Part shown: positions 26,945-37,982 of the stretch, in pieces | Numbering within the stretch: the stretch's first letter is position 1 | Layout of the letters: the number at the start of each line of letters is the position of its first letter | DNA from: Octopus sinensis | Taxonomy: Eukaryota | Length of the DNA: 64,000 bases | Reading direction: 5' to 3' | Assembly (NCBI RefSeq): GCF_006345805.1 | Contig: NC_042998.1 | Location: forward strand, 100,316,001-100,380,000 | Made by a program: the position numbers and the translations under genes | Notes under the pieces: generated by a model | Told to the model about the DNA's origin: nothing | What the model saw: only the letters and a program-made list of their open reading frames with translations | Databases searched by the model: none

Positions 26945-27262
26945 TTATAAAGAAAGGAACCTCTATGTAACCACAACCCACTAGAATTATCAACCAAACT
27001 TCTCTTAAATCACATCTTGCCACTTTAAAAAATGAAGGACACATTGGATAATGCAGTCCTAGACACACTGTACCTGAAAAAATTGGAAGTCTGATTATGG
27101 CTGGAATGCTGGCTGAACAAGTTGACATGGAAAATCAAACTGAGTGACATTAACAGAACAAAAGGTCTGTGGATTGCAGTTGGTAATTAATTCAATCAAC
27201 TACCTATGTTTTGTAGGTCTGCTTGATCAAAGCTGATTTGGGGATAAACAACAGCAACATAC
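26945..27262 (-). repeat. Interspersed repeat family (other copies ~100-285 +, 13690-13790 -, 54770-54962 +)
   Basis: Shared tgatcaagcagacc..cattccag..cattatccaat..gtgatttgagggagattt..tttctagca..tagag motifs; explains ORF 26892..27128. Confidence 0.6.
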
Positions 27263-28210
27263 CATTTACGATCTATCATTCTATATTTGCTACTTTTAAT
27301 GACTCAAATAATTTTCCTGTGTATGAACTGTGAAAAAGTTTCTTAAAAAAAAGCAAAACAAAAAAAGCGGCCTTTGAGCTTCATATAAGAGTATTTTTCA
27401 TGAAGACATGAAAAATACTCTTATATAATCATGAAACCTCACTTTATGAAGTGAACGTATGAAAACTTGACAGAGATGCTAGTGATTTGACTTTGTATTA
27501 GGTAAATCTCTAATGCCAAATTAAGAATTAAAAGTAAATCAGAACAGATCCCTTGCAATGGTATCTAACCACCCAATTCCAATCATAAAAACTCAGTAAC
27601 AATAGCAAAAGAATATGGTATATTAAACTTTTAAACAACTGAACATTGTTGTAATGATGCAGCAATAAAAAGCAGATTTTGAGAGAAACTGCAATTCAAA
27701 ACGAAAACACACACTACTACTACTACAACATATCTTCGGATCTTGGTGACAATTTTAGTTTCATGTTCAGAAAAAAACATTTGATTAAGTTTAAGTTCAA
27801 GCAGTCACCAAATAACCTAAAGACTGGAGGAAAAAATGGCAACAACTTGAACTAATCTTTTTCTTAACATGAAACTTAAGTTACTCTCACTGAGTACTAA
27901 AAGATACTGTTTATAAAATATTCATTACTCTCTGATATATTGAGTGTTTTAATTAGCTGAACCCTTCAGCAAATGAGTGGCAGTGGTGTGGGGGAGAGTT
28001 TAGGTGTCATCCATTTGGAGTGTGCAAGACTTGAAAGTTCCCTTGCAATCTAAGTATTGGCACTGAAAGTGATCAGCTGAAAGAACTGGAAGTTTGTTTA
28101 AGAATTTCACAAACCTGTTAAAGTTTTTGATGGTACCGAAAAGACCTATTTTTTTTATCCCCTTTGTAACAGATGAGATGAGATTTGAAAGCACAAAGCT
28201 GTAATAGATA

Positions 28211-28470
28211 GAGGCCTTTTGACTCTGAGCTTTGTCTCCATGTTTGGAATTTCTTTTCTATTTCTTCAATGCACTTAGCTATGGAAACTAAGTCTTCAGC
28301 ATACAAAAGCCCCAACAAACAGCCAGTCTTAAACCCTTTTGTTAAATCATGGAGAACAATAGTAAAATGAAGAGAAATGAGAACTGAGCTATGAAAGACA
28401 CTTACTAGCATGATAAATCCCTTGCTGAACTCATTTCTGATTGACACCTCATTGATAGCATCTCTATATG
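28211..28470 (-). pseudogene. Degenerate RTE reverse-transcriptase core fragment
   Basis: YRDAINEV...FTIVLHDLTKGFKTGCLLGLLYAEDLVSIAKCIEEIEKKFQTWRQSSESKGL (YADD box as YAED). Confidence 0.8.
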
Positions 28471-29217
28471 TGATTACACAACTCTCACAAGCCATTCTTT
28501 TGCACACACATGACTGTATATGTGTGTGTGTGAGAGAGAGGGGGTAGAAAGAGAGAGAGGGAAAGAGAGAGAGAGAGAGTATTTAGGCTCTGAAGAAATA
28601 GTTACAAAATTAAGGAGAAAAAAGGTGGGACATAAAAGAGGATTTATTCCATCTTGAATTATTAGTTCCCCTCCCTTGTAACTTATAATATATCATCTGT
28701 AACAGAATTGTTAGAATTTTGGGTACAAATATTTGTTCTGGCGCTTTGTATTCTGAGTTCAAATTCTGAAGTCAGCTTTGCTTTTCATCCTTCTATATTC
28801 AATAAAATAAAGAACCTCAAGTCCTGGGGTTGATGCAGTCTACTAACATTCCCACCAAAATTTCTAGACTTCCACTAATGTTAAAAACAACATAATTATT
28901 TCTGATTTTGTGTTAGAATTTATCATTATAGAATTCAAATTAGATTAGTCTTCCCTCCTTCCAGAGGTCATTAAATAAAATAGCAGTCTATTCTCAAAAA
29001 TGTCTGTACTTGGGTTTATGAGAAATCATTATTATTACTGTTTCTTTTATACCTGTATTTTGCTACCCTCGATGGGCAACAGAGCTGTAATGCACATCAC
29101 CCAGAGATGCCTAGCAACAAATGCCTTCTTACAAGTTGGTTAGCAGGTTCTTTCTTTCTGTGTGTGTATACACCAATCTTTTATTGGTATACACACACAC
29201 ACACACACACACACACA

Positions 29218-29576
29218 TATCATCATTCAACATACATTTTCCATGCTGACATGGGTTGGATGGTTTGACAAGAGGTGGTAAGCCAGAGGGCTATGTCAGG
29301 TTCTATTGTCTTTTTGGCATAGTTTCAACAACTGAATGCCCTTCCCAATGCCAACCACCTGCCAGAGTATAATGGGTACATTTTTTCAGGGCACCAGTAC
29401 CAGCAGCATCACTAAATAACTTGCAAAACAAGACAAAGGCCTTTTGACCAGGAGTGGGGTGGCGAATAGTATTGAGGGAGGTGGCTTTGTGCCATGGATA
29501 AGAGGTTAAAAGAATAAGAGGGATAGAGATAGGTGTTTTGTTGTAAAAGTGATACAAGGCTATCCCAGTTGGAGAC

Positions 29577-29612
<36 letters not shown>

Positions 29613-29760
29613 GTGAGAAAGAGAGAGATGGAGAGAGTGAGAGAGAAGGTGGTGAATTTGTGGGTTACTTTACAATAAAATGCTACATTCCCACATTGAG
29701 AGGCCACACTTCCAGTACTACAGACATGATTAGAATGTTACAGAAAAGAATTGCATGATG
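29218..29760 (-). mobile_element. 3' end of the CT-rich RTE variant
   Basis: Reverse complement matches 33480-33826 (ttgcaagttatttagtg..ggttggcattgggaagggcattc..ccatccaacccatg..tgatgat). Confidence 0.72.
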
Positions 29761-30412
29761 AATTTTTCAAGCTGAGTCAACTGGCAAGAGATGAAGATGA
29801 CCAAGAATGAGATGGTTGGAAAATATCTATAATCGCATATGGCAGTGAACTGTCAGAATTGTTAGCACACCAGGCGAAATGCTAAGTGGTGTGTCATCTG
29901 TCTTCGTGCTCTGAGTTCAAATTCCACCTTGGTCAGTTTTGCCCTTCATCCTTTCGGGGTCAATAAAATAAGTACCAGTTGAGCACTGAGGCTAATGTAA
30001 TCAACTTACCCCATCCCCTGAAATTGCTGGCTTTATACCGAAATTAAAAATTTATATCTACAGTCTCAGTTTGTCACACTAGAAAATCTACCCAGACAGT
30101 CTATGGAGGAAGTGCCTGAAGATTCTACCCCAATGATCTTCTTGGGAATAGTGAGCTGAGCTGCATGGATTGCTTTGCACCCATTATTTTACACTTGCAT
30201 GAGTAGGAGTGACTGGCTGTTTTTACAGCTGGAAGCCCCTTTCTAATCCCAACTACTGAATGGTGAAGCAGGTGTGAAACTTAAGAGAAGCTATATGTCT
30301 AGCCAAGAGGAATAACAAAATAGTGGTTGTTGTTGTCATATGGTTTAAACTCATGACCATGTGGTCAGTACTCCAATACCTCGACCCTTTAGCATTCAGA
30401 TAATCCTGTTAA

Positions 30413-31023
30413 TCCTTTAGCACTTAAACCAGCCATATTCAGTCAAAATATCTCTTTTACTCTTTTACTTGTTTCAGTCATATGACTGTGGCCATGCTGG
30501 AGCACTGCCTTTAATCGAGCAACTCGACCCCGGGACTTATTATTTTTAAGCCCAGTACTTATTCTATCGGTCTCTTTTGCCGAACTGCTATGTGACAGGG
30601 ACATAAACACACCAGCATCGGTTGTCATGCAATACTAGGGGGACAAACACAGACACACAAACATACACGCACACACACATATATATATTTACATATATAC
30701 AACGGGCTTCTTTCGGTTTCCGTCTACCAAATCCACTCACAAGGCTTTGGTCGGCCCGAGGCTATAATAGAAGACACTTGCCCAAGGTGCCACGCAGTGG
30801 GACTGAACCCGGAACCCTGTGGTTGGTAACCAAGCTACTTACCACACAGCCACTCCTGCGCCTATCTACCTGCTTTGCTTTCAAATTTGCACTACAATAT
30901 CTTTCTAAAATTAAACAGTTACCTTCATAAAAATTTGAAAGCTATAAGATAATGCATGATTAATTCAAAACAACGTGAATAAATAGACATTACACTTGAC
31001 AGAATAACCTGAATGCTAAAAGG
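30413..31023 (-). mobile_element. Same MITE family, inner copy in opposite orientation
   Basis: TTAA at 30409-30412 and 31024-31027; TIRs tcctttagcac / gaatgctaaaagg; body is the reverse complement of 31028-31218. Confidence 0.85.
30454..30862 (-). mobile_element. Full-length tRNA-derived SINE (CORE-like segment) nested in the inner MITE
   Basis: Head ggcgcaggagtggctgtgtggtaag, B box ggttcagtccc, ggcaccttgggcaagtgtc, central (CA/TA)n, tail (AAAAGAGT)n; TSD TATCT at 30449-30453 and 30863-30867. Confidence 0.9.
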
Positions 31024-31569
31024 TTAAATGTAATTCTTATTTATTCACATTGTCTTGAATTAATCATGCATCATCCCGTAACTTCAAGATTTCAATGAAA
31101 TAATAGTTTATTTTTAGAATGACATTGTAGGATAGGTGTGAGATGCTAGATCTGGCCAGCTTTAACATAAATGGGTAGAATATTTGAGCCGCATATAGCC
31201 AGTTTAAATGCTAAAGGGTTAATCTCACAGCTACTATACCAAAATAAACAACAGAGTGGAAAAAAAAAATTGAGGGAGAATGAAATACAACTGTGAAGAC
31301 TTACTATCTATATATATATATATATAGATCAAGACAAGTAACAATTGTAGTGGCGGTTTTTTTGACTATTTATTAAAATTTTATGTATTGATTAAGTCTT
31401 TCCTTGTTTGTTTTGCAAAATAGTGGTTTTGTCTCTAATAATATTTTATATATATATATATATATATGTCATGTGATCAACCAGACTATTGGATGTTGTT
31501 ATATATCACCAGTCACAATGCACTTTGAATTGTTTCTCTCTTCTGAATGATGTAACCCCACAACATTGC

Positions 31570-31742
31570 CTCTGGTCAGTAGACTAGGATGTTGCAGGGT
31601 TATTCACTTACAGCTGAGTGGATGGGAGCAATGTGAAATGCAGTGTTTTGCTCAAGAACACAGTGCACTGCTCAGTCCAGGAATTGGCTCCATGCTCTAG
31701 CAATCCTAAGTGCAGCCCCCTAACCATTAGGTTACATGTCTT
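31570..31742 (-). mobile_element. Degenerate tRNA/CORE-type SINE of a different family
   Basis: Minus strand: tRNA-like head, gtgttcttgagcaaaacactg, ccactcagctgtaagtgaataacc. Confidence 0.55.
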
Positions 31743-32149
31743 CATGCACAGACATGTGCATGTGCGTGTATGTGTGTACACATACATGCACATGCAAGAG
31801 AGAGAGAGAGAGAGAGGGAGATAATGCGATCATCATCACCATTTAATGTCCACTTTTCCATGCTTGCATGTGTTGGATGCAGTTTATTTGAGGTAGATTT
31901 TCAACAGCCAGATGCTCTCCCTTGTTGCCAACCCTCAACTACTTCCAAGTAAGGAAAGATATAGGTATGAATTCCATACGATGTAACCAATGCATGTTAA
32001 GGACACACTAAAGGTGCAGTAGAATCACAGGAAGGTTAAGAGAGAAAGTAGAATTTGTTTAGGCAAGATACATAACAGCAATAAACACTAAGGGCATATA
32101 TGAAATAGATTTTCTTGAATACACAGGAGGTACCCTAGAGATAGTGCAC

Positions 32150-33826
32150 AGTAGCTGTTATTTAGGTGACCTAATTAGCAGTGAAGGAGGATGTTTTAAA
32201 AGTATAGTTGTTAGAAGAAGAATAGGATGAAGAAAGGTTCTGTTGGCAACAAACTCTCTCTCTCTCTCAGAGTGAAAGGCAGATTGTATGATGTTTGTGT
32301 GCAAACATCAATGTGACATGGTAGTGAAATGTGGGCCCTGAATGCAGAGGAATAAAGCTAGTATGCTCCCTTGGATATGCAACTTAGTGTGCAAGAGAGA
32401 AGACTGTGCTGGTTTGGTCATGTGATAGATATGGGTGACCACAGTTGTCTAAAGAATTGTTGATGGCTTTAAATGGATGAAATTTGTGGACGGGTGAGAC
32501 CCACAAACTAGTGAAGGCTGACCTCAAGATGTTAGGCCTCAAAAAAGAGATGACAAATGATCAAGATGATCGACAATTCACTGTGCTTGAGAAGACTTGT
32601 TTGTCATGATGAAAGTGAGGTCCTAAAAGAATTAAGTTTATATGCTGGGCCCAGTTCCTGCATCCATTCTGCTCCTATCAAGCATTCCCAACATCTCATC
32701 TTTCTAAAACCCATTTCCTCCATCACTCTGCTATTTATGGTACTACTCAGTGGCTGTTATCATGAGAGTAGAATTGGCACACATTTCTTATCCTCTGATT
32801 GCATGGCCAGTTACTTCCTTCTGCTCTTGGAACCACTTTCTATTAACATTCATCTTTCATTCTCACTATCACTCTCTCCCACACTATTTTCCCTTAATTC
32901 CCCTTTCTGTGCCTTAACTTATCTCTCCCTATCCTCTGAACTACACCTAAGATCTGCCATACCTTTTAACATCTCTCATACCCACAACCGATGACCCCCC
33001 CCACCACCACCACATTCACTATAGCAACCCTAATGTTCCTCTGACCTCCATCTCTGTTATTGTGCACCCCTTCTCCAACTTTGACACTCAACACATCATT
33101 TCCCATCCTTCTGATCTATCTAGAAGTTTACAATACAGCTGCTCTTCTCCCTTCCTGTACTACCACTTATCACCTCCTATTTCCTAAGCCACTTCTATCA
33201 CTCATCTTTTCTCCTCCACTCTGACATTTACCATCAACCATAACTCCACCCTTGTTCATCATTCACTACACTCTCTCCAACCCCAACTCTAACCATCCGG
33301 CACTCTCCACTCATATACTCTTATGAAACTATCCACCTTCTCTTTAACCCTTGATCCACTGTCTGTGTTCTCTCTTATATTCACCTTCTTGTGTTTTGAG
33401 AGTCTGCTCTGGCAACCTCATCACCACCATCTTTACATTCCTTCCAGCTACTCCAACCCACCCTTATACAATGCAGGGTAACCTATGCCTGTCCCTCTAT
33501 CATATTTTAGCCTTTCAACACCTGGCATAAAGCTCCTCTCTCAAATATACTTCCACTCAATCAGGAGAGCTTTTCCTTTTCTTGTCTTGCAAGTTACTTG
33601 GTGTTACTAGTTACTTGCAAGTTACTACTGCCTGTGTCGTGAAGAAAAGAAGAAAAAAGAAAAAGCACCCAGTACATGCTGAAAGTGGTTGGCATTAGGG
33701 AGGGAATCCAATCACAGAAACCATGCTAAAACTGACAGTGGTGCTTAACACTCATGAAGCTCTTCAGATCCTATCAAACAATCCAACCCATGTCAACATA
33801 GATAAAAGACGTTAAATGGTGATGAT
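32150..33826 (+). mobile_element. Old RTE copy: ORF2 C-terminus, ~900-bp CT-rich 3' region, canonical tail
   Basis: tatttaggtgacc..gtgaaaggcagattgtatgatg..gcttgagaagac, a long pyrimidine-rich tract, then gcaagttacttgg..aaagcacccagtac..gacgttaaatggtgatgat. Confidence 0.7.
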
Positions 33827-34100
33827 ATACACACACACACACACACACATGTGCGCGCATGCGCGTGTGTGTGTGTATGTGCACAAATGCTGACATTCCT
33901 GACATTGCTTATCACTATTTGATTGCAATGGTGATATCCTGTTTACATTCCTTGCTGACAGTGTGACAGATCACTTCACACATTTGAAGATTACAATAAG
34001 AAATTGTCAAACCTACACCAACATAGAAAAACGGGCCTAAAACTAACATGTGCGCGCGCGCGAGTGTGTGTGTGTGTGTTGTATATGTTAGATAAAAAAA

Positions 34101-34562
34101 AGTGGTTGTGTGGTAGGTAGATAGTTTACCAGCCACGTGGTTCCGGGTTCAGTCCCACTGTATGGCACCTTGGGCAAGTGTCTTCTACTATAGCCTCGGG
34201 CCGACCGAAGCCTTGTGAGTGGATTTGGAGGACGGAAACTGAAGAAAGTCCGTCGTGTATAAACTAATACATCTGTTTGTTGTTTACACACCCGTCTTCG
34301 TCTTTTATTTTATTGCAAATTCTCACTATGTGTGTGTGTGTATGTGTGTGCGCGCGCGCGTGCGTGTGTGTTTCTGTGTTTGTCTCCTCCAACATCGCTT
34401 GACAACCGTTGCTTGTTTACCTCCCCTTAACTTAACGGTTCGGCAAAATTAACCGATAGAATAAATACTACGCTTACAAAGAATAAGTCCTGGGGTCGAT
34501 TTGCTCGACTAAAGGCGGTGCTCGAGCGTGGCTGCAGTCAAATGACTGAAACAAGTAAAATG
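34101..34562 (+). mobile_element. Full-length tRNA-derived SINE, same family as 30454-30862
   Basis: Colinear over head, central microsatellite and 3' ...gactgaaacaagtaaaa. Confidence 0.9.
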
Positions 34563-36221
34563 AAACGTTTTGGCGTCATTTTTTAATGGTTATAAAAGAC
34601 ACTCCCACAGTAAGTGTGTGTGTGAAGTGCTAAAAATATCTTTAAGCTCTCCGCTAATACAACAATCTGTTATGCTTATCTTTGCCAGTTCTCTGCCTTG
34701 TAAAAACCTTTATACTGATTTATAATATGCCTAATAATTTATTCAACTACAATGCCCCACCGGTACTTTATTTCATGAACTCCAGAAAGAAAATCGTTTC
34801 TGGTAAGATTTACGCTCACAATATAAAGGGACGTAACTAAATACATTGATTGACCTCTTTACTAAATTTGCTAGCCTACTGCCCTAAAAAGAACATTAGT
34901 CTATATATAAATATTTGGAAAGTTCTAACAGCCCAATGTGCCAAGGGAGACTACTCTTACAATATAAGAGCACTAATTGTTTTTTTTTTTTTTTTTGCTA
35001 ACCAAACTACGCTGTTTAAAAGTATTTTACTATGTTCTGTGACAGTCCAAAAATTTAGCATATTTGTAAGGAATATTAATTTGCAATGTCGTGTCTAAAA
35101 ATTAGTTATAGAAACAAGAATATTTACTTCTGTTGTAGATGGCAATGTTTTTTTCTAAATGAGATAACTAATTAACATTCTTAATAGAATAAAACATTTC
35201 ACAGTATAATCACTAAATGCATCTGCCTAATTGACACATAACGAAAAGGATTAATTAAGTCTTTAAGCAACTACCTCTATAACCATTAATGACTTAATCA
35301 TGGATTTCAGACTTTTTAACTGGGGAACAATTTAGCATTTTCTATTTAGCCACATCATGAATTAGCTGCTAAGATTATCAACATAAAATGGTATCAGACA
35401 ATACAAGCGCTAATTTGAAACAGAAGAAAGCAACAAGCCCACTGACTCACTTAACTTGTGATTGGTAACATGATCTCCTGTCAAATGGGTCATAGAGCTT
35501 GATATTAAGTTCTACTATTGAGTGGAAGAATATAGTTGACAGCATCAAAAAGTATTTACTGATATATGCCAGGTTGGTTTGAGTGTGACTACTAATAAAT
35601 AATCCAGTATATCTGACCCCTTCAGCCACCCACCACCACCCAACGCTACTAGGCTAGCTTTGCCTGGTGTGGAGGGCTGGTTGCAAGAGATTTAGTAGGA
35701 TAAAAAAAAACCTGTCAAAAGGATGATAAACTCAACACAGGTCAACATAATAGTGAGTTGGAACACTAATCTAACATATTTGAGTTAGCTGTAGGACTAA
35801 TTTTTGGGTGGGTTGCATGATGGCCCCCTAAATTTTGTCACAAGATCTCTCTAGAAGAGGGGTAGACAGAACTTATTAGCTATAGTAGGGCTTATTAACT
35901 ATATTGTATCTACCCAGAATAGGGAAAACTCTCCAAACCACTGCTATCCTGTCTATAAATACTCTGAAACAAAACCTAAATTTGGCACAGTCCAGTCATA
36001 ACAACTTTTTGTGACATTAGAAACTCTTTTATCTTACTCAAAAAGGGATTGTGTTCAGTACAAGTTTAAAAGGTGTACCTTTTGATATGTCATACTCGTG
36101 CAATTTTTCACCCTTTAGTGATTCTTTGGTGGTGAAGCTTTTGACGATGCTTATATTTTTTTTATGATTTTAGACTGGAAGAATGCAATGAAAAGCTAAG
36201 GAAGGAGTGGCTCTGAATTTA

Positions 36222-36299
<78 letters not shown>

Positions 36300-36409
36300 C
36301 TATATATATATCTATAGCCCCGAGCCGACCGGAGCTTTGTGATTGAATTCGGTAGGTGGAAGTTACTGCCGTGTGTGTATGTGTGCGTATAGCTGCTCAG
36401 TGCCTCTCC

Positions 36410-36443
<34 letters not shown>

Positions 36444-36837
36444 TACACACATACACACAATGAGTACCACTTGTTGGTAGGCTTGAGTGTGGGGGATTAC
36501 CTTGGAGTTCACAAATCATAAAATGAACTGATATAGATTAGAGGGTGGTCACACTCAAGATTGAGTGGACAGCCATCAATAGAATTTGAACTCACAACAT
36601 AGAAAGGATAAGACTAAACAGTGTAAGGCATTTAACCCACTAATGTATAATTTTATGCCAAATAGCATAAAATAATAATTTCTCATATTAGCACAAGGCC
36701 ACACACATTAGAGGAGAGAGCCACAATCAAATGAATCAATTTATATACCTAACTCAAGAATGATAAAAAGCAAAGTCAACTTCAGTATGTTTAACTTGGA
36801 ACAAAGAGAGACATAACTAAATACTACAGAAACATTA

Positions 36838-37295
36838 ATGTTAGTTAGTTAGTTAATTAATTTGGCTCAAAAGCAAATAGCAAGGCCATGTAGGGGGACA
36901 TGGAGTTAAGTACAGGGTGGTGTTCATGTAAAGAGTTCAGGCCACTTGAGGTCAAGGGAGGCTTTGAACAAAGCGGTCGTCGGCATCTTCACCATCTCGT
37001 CTGGCAGCTTGTTCCACGGATCCGCAATCCAGACGGAGAAAGCTCCTCTCCTTCGATTGAGATGAAATCATCACAGGTAGAGCTTTTTGGAATGACCCCG
37101 CAGCCGACGCTCTGGAGCAGGAGTGAAGAACAGCTCTTTCGAGAGGTTACACTTTCCGCTTATGATGTTGTGGGCGAGAATGAGATCACCATGGTGGCGG
37201 CGTTTTTCTAGAGAATAAAGGTTGAGCGTCCTCAGCCTTTCTTCATAGGAAACATTTTTGAGACCATGAACCATGTGGGTAGCCATGGACTCTTT
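36838..37295 (-). mobile_element. 5'-truncated CR1-group LINE, second family, (TAAC)n tail
   Basis: SYEERLRTLNLYSLEKRR..GDLI..LRGH..LYL**FHLNRRRGAFSVWIADPWNKLP..FKASLD; tail ttaactaactaactaac. Confidence 0.9.
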
Positions 37296-37480
37296 CTGGA
37301 CTCTTTATGCCATACTACCAGTATGTTTCATATACATGAAAGAAAGTGATCATTGAGATTTGAGTATTTAAAAAGAGCCAAGTATTTTCAATAGTAGCTT
37401 TTAGTTGAAACAAAGGTAAACAAATACAGAGATTCAGTTGCAGTAGATTTTATCTTTTGAATATAGAAACTATAAATAAA

Positions 37481-37740
37481 ACAGCTCTATATTTAAGAGA
37501 TGAGGAATTACGTACATTATTTACATTTGATGGATATTTGTCCTCATCTTGTTTGTTGTTAACACAATGTTTTGCTGATATACCCTCCAGGCTTCATCAG
37601 GTGTCTTGGGGAAATTTCGAGCCTGGGTTCTGATCCCTAAGGTATTTTTTCGATGTTATTATCATTATTATTATTATTATTCAGGTCACTGCTTGGAATC
37701 GAACTTGGAATCTTGGGGTTAGTAGCCCATGCTCTTAACC
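37481..37740 (-). mobile_element. tRNA-headed non-autonomous element with (AAT)n spacer and Penelope-pLTR-like hammerhead tail (longer copy, ribozyme core degenerate)
   Basis: Minus strand: GGTTAAGAGC-atgggCTACTAAccca-agattccaaGTTCGATTCC (tRNA D-arm end, anticodon arm, B box), (AAT)n, then gacac CTGATGA a gcctg..cagc AAAAc att gtgtt, ending ...cctcatctcttaaatatagagctgt. Confidence 0.7.
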
Positions 37741-37941
37741 CCAAGATTCCAAGTTTGATTCCATGCAGTGACCAGAATAATAATAATAATAATAATAACA
37801 TCGAAAAATATCTTAGGATTGAGAACCTAGGTTCGAAATTTCCCCAAGACACCTGATGAAGGCTGGAGGGCATATCAGCCGAAACATTGTGTTAACAACA
37901 AACAAGATGAGGACAAATATCTGTCAAATGTAAATAATGTA
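37736..37941 (+). mobile_element. Inverted second copy of the same element (5'- and 3'-shortened), forming a fold-back palindrome
   Basis: Reverse complement of 37513-37721 with about 14 substitutions and 3 small indels by manual alignment; 14-nt spacer at 37722-37735. Confidence 0.9.
37848..37893 (+). ncRNA. Minimal type I hammerhead ribozyme motif (Penelope-type)
   Basis: gacac-CTGATGA-a-ggctg gagggcatat cagcc-GAAA-c-att-gtgtt. Stem I gacac/gtgtt, stem II ggctg/cagcc, both core boxes present. Loopless stem III reads ACAT where palindromic ACGT is expected, and there is one extra A after A9. Activity untested. Confidence 0.7.
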
Positions 37942-37982
37942 AATAAATAAGACGGTTGAAAATATAAAAAAATGTATCTTAC

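Larger units (their letters stand above)
30385..31218 (+). mobile_element. TTAA-type (piggyBac-like) MITE, outer copy, split by nested insertions
   Basis: CCCTTTAGCATT TIRs at 30385 and ending at 31218 followed by TTAA; the body resumes at 31028 after the inner element. Confidence 0.82.

Noticed and set aside
26892-27128. 78-aa ORF as a gene
   Set aside because: Lies in an interspersed repeat with several copies in the window.
29161-29197. Small imperfect hairpin (tgtgtgtata..ccaat/attgg..tatacacaca)
   Set aside because: Mostly microsatellite complementarity, with only a 5-bp unique stem.
34101-34175. tRNA genes (here and at other SINE heads, including 37690-37740)
   Set aside because: A/B boxes are present but there is no complete cloverleaf, and they continue into SINE bodies.
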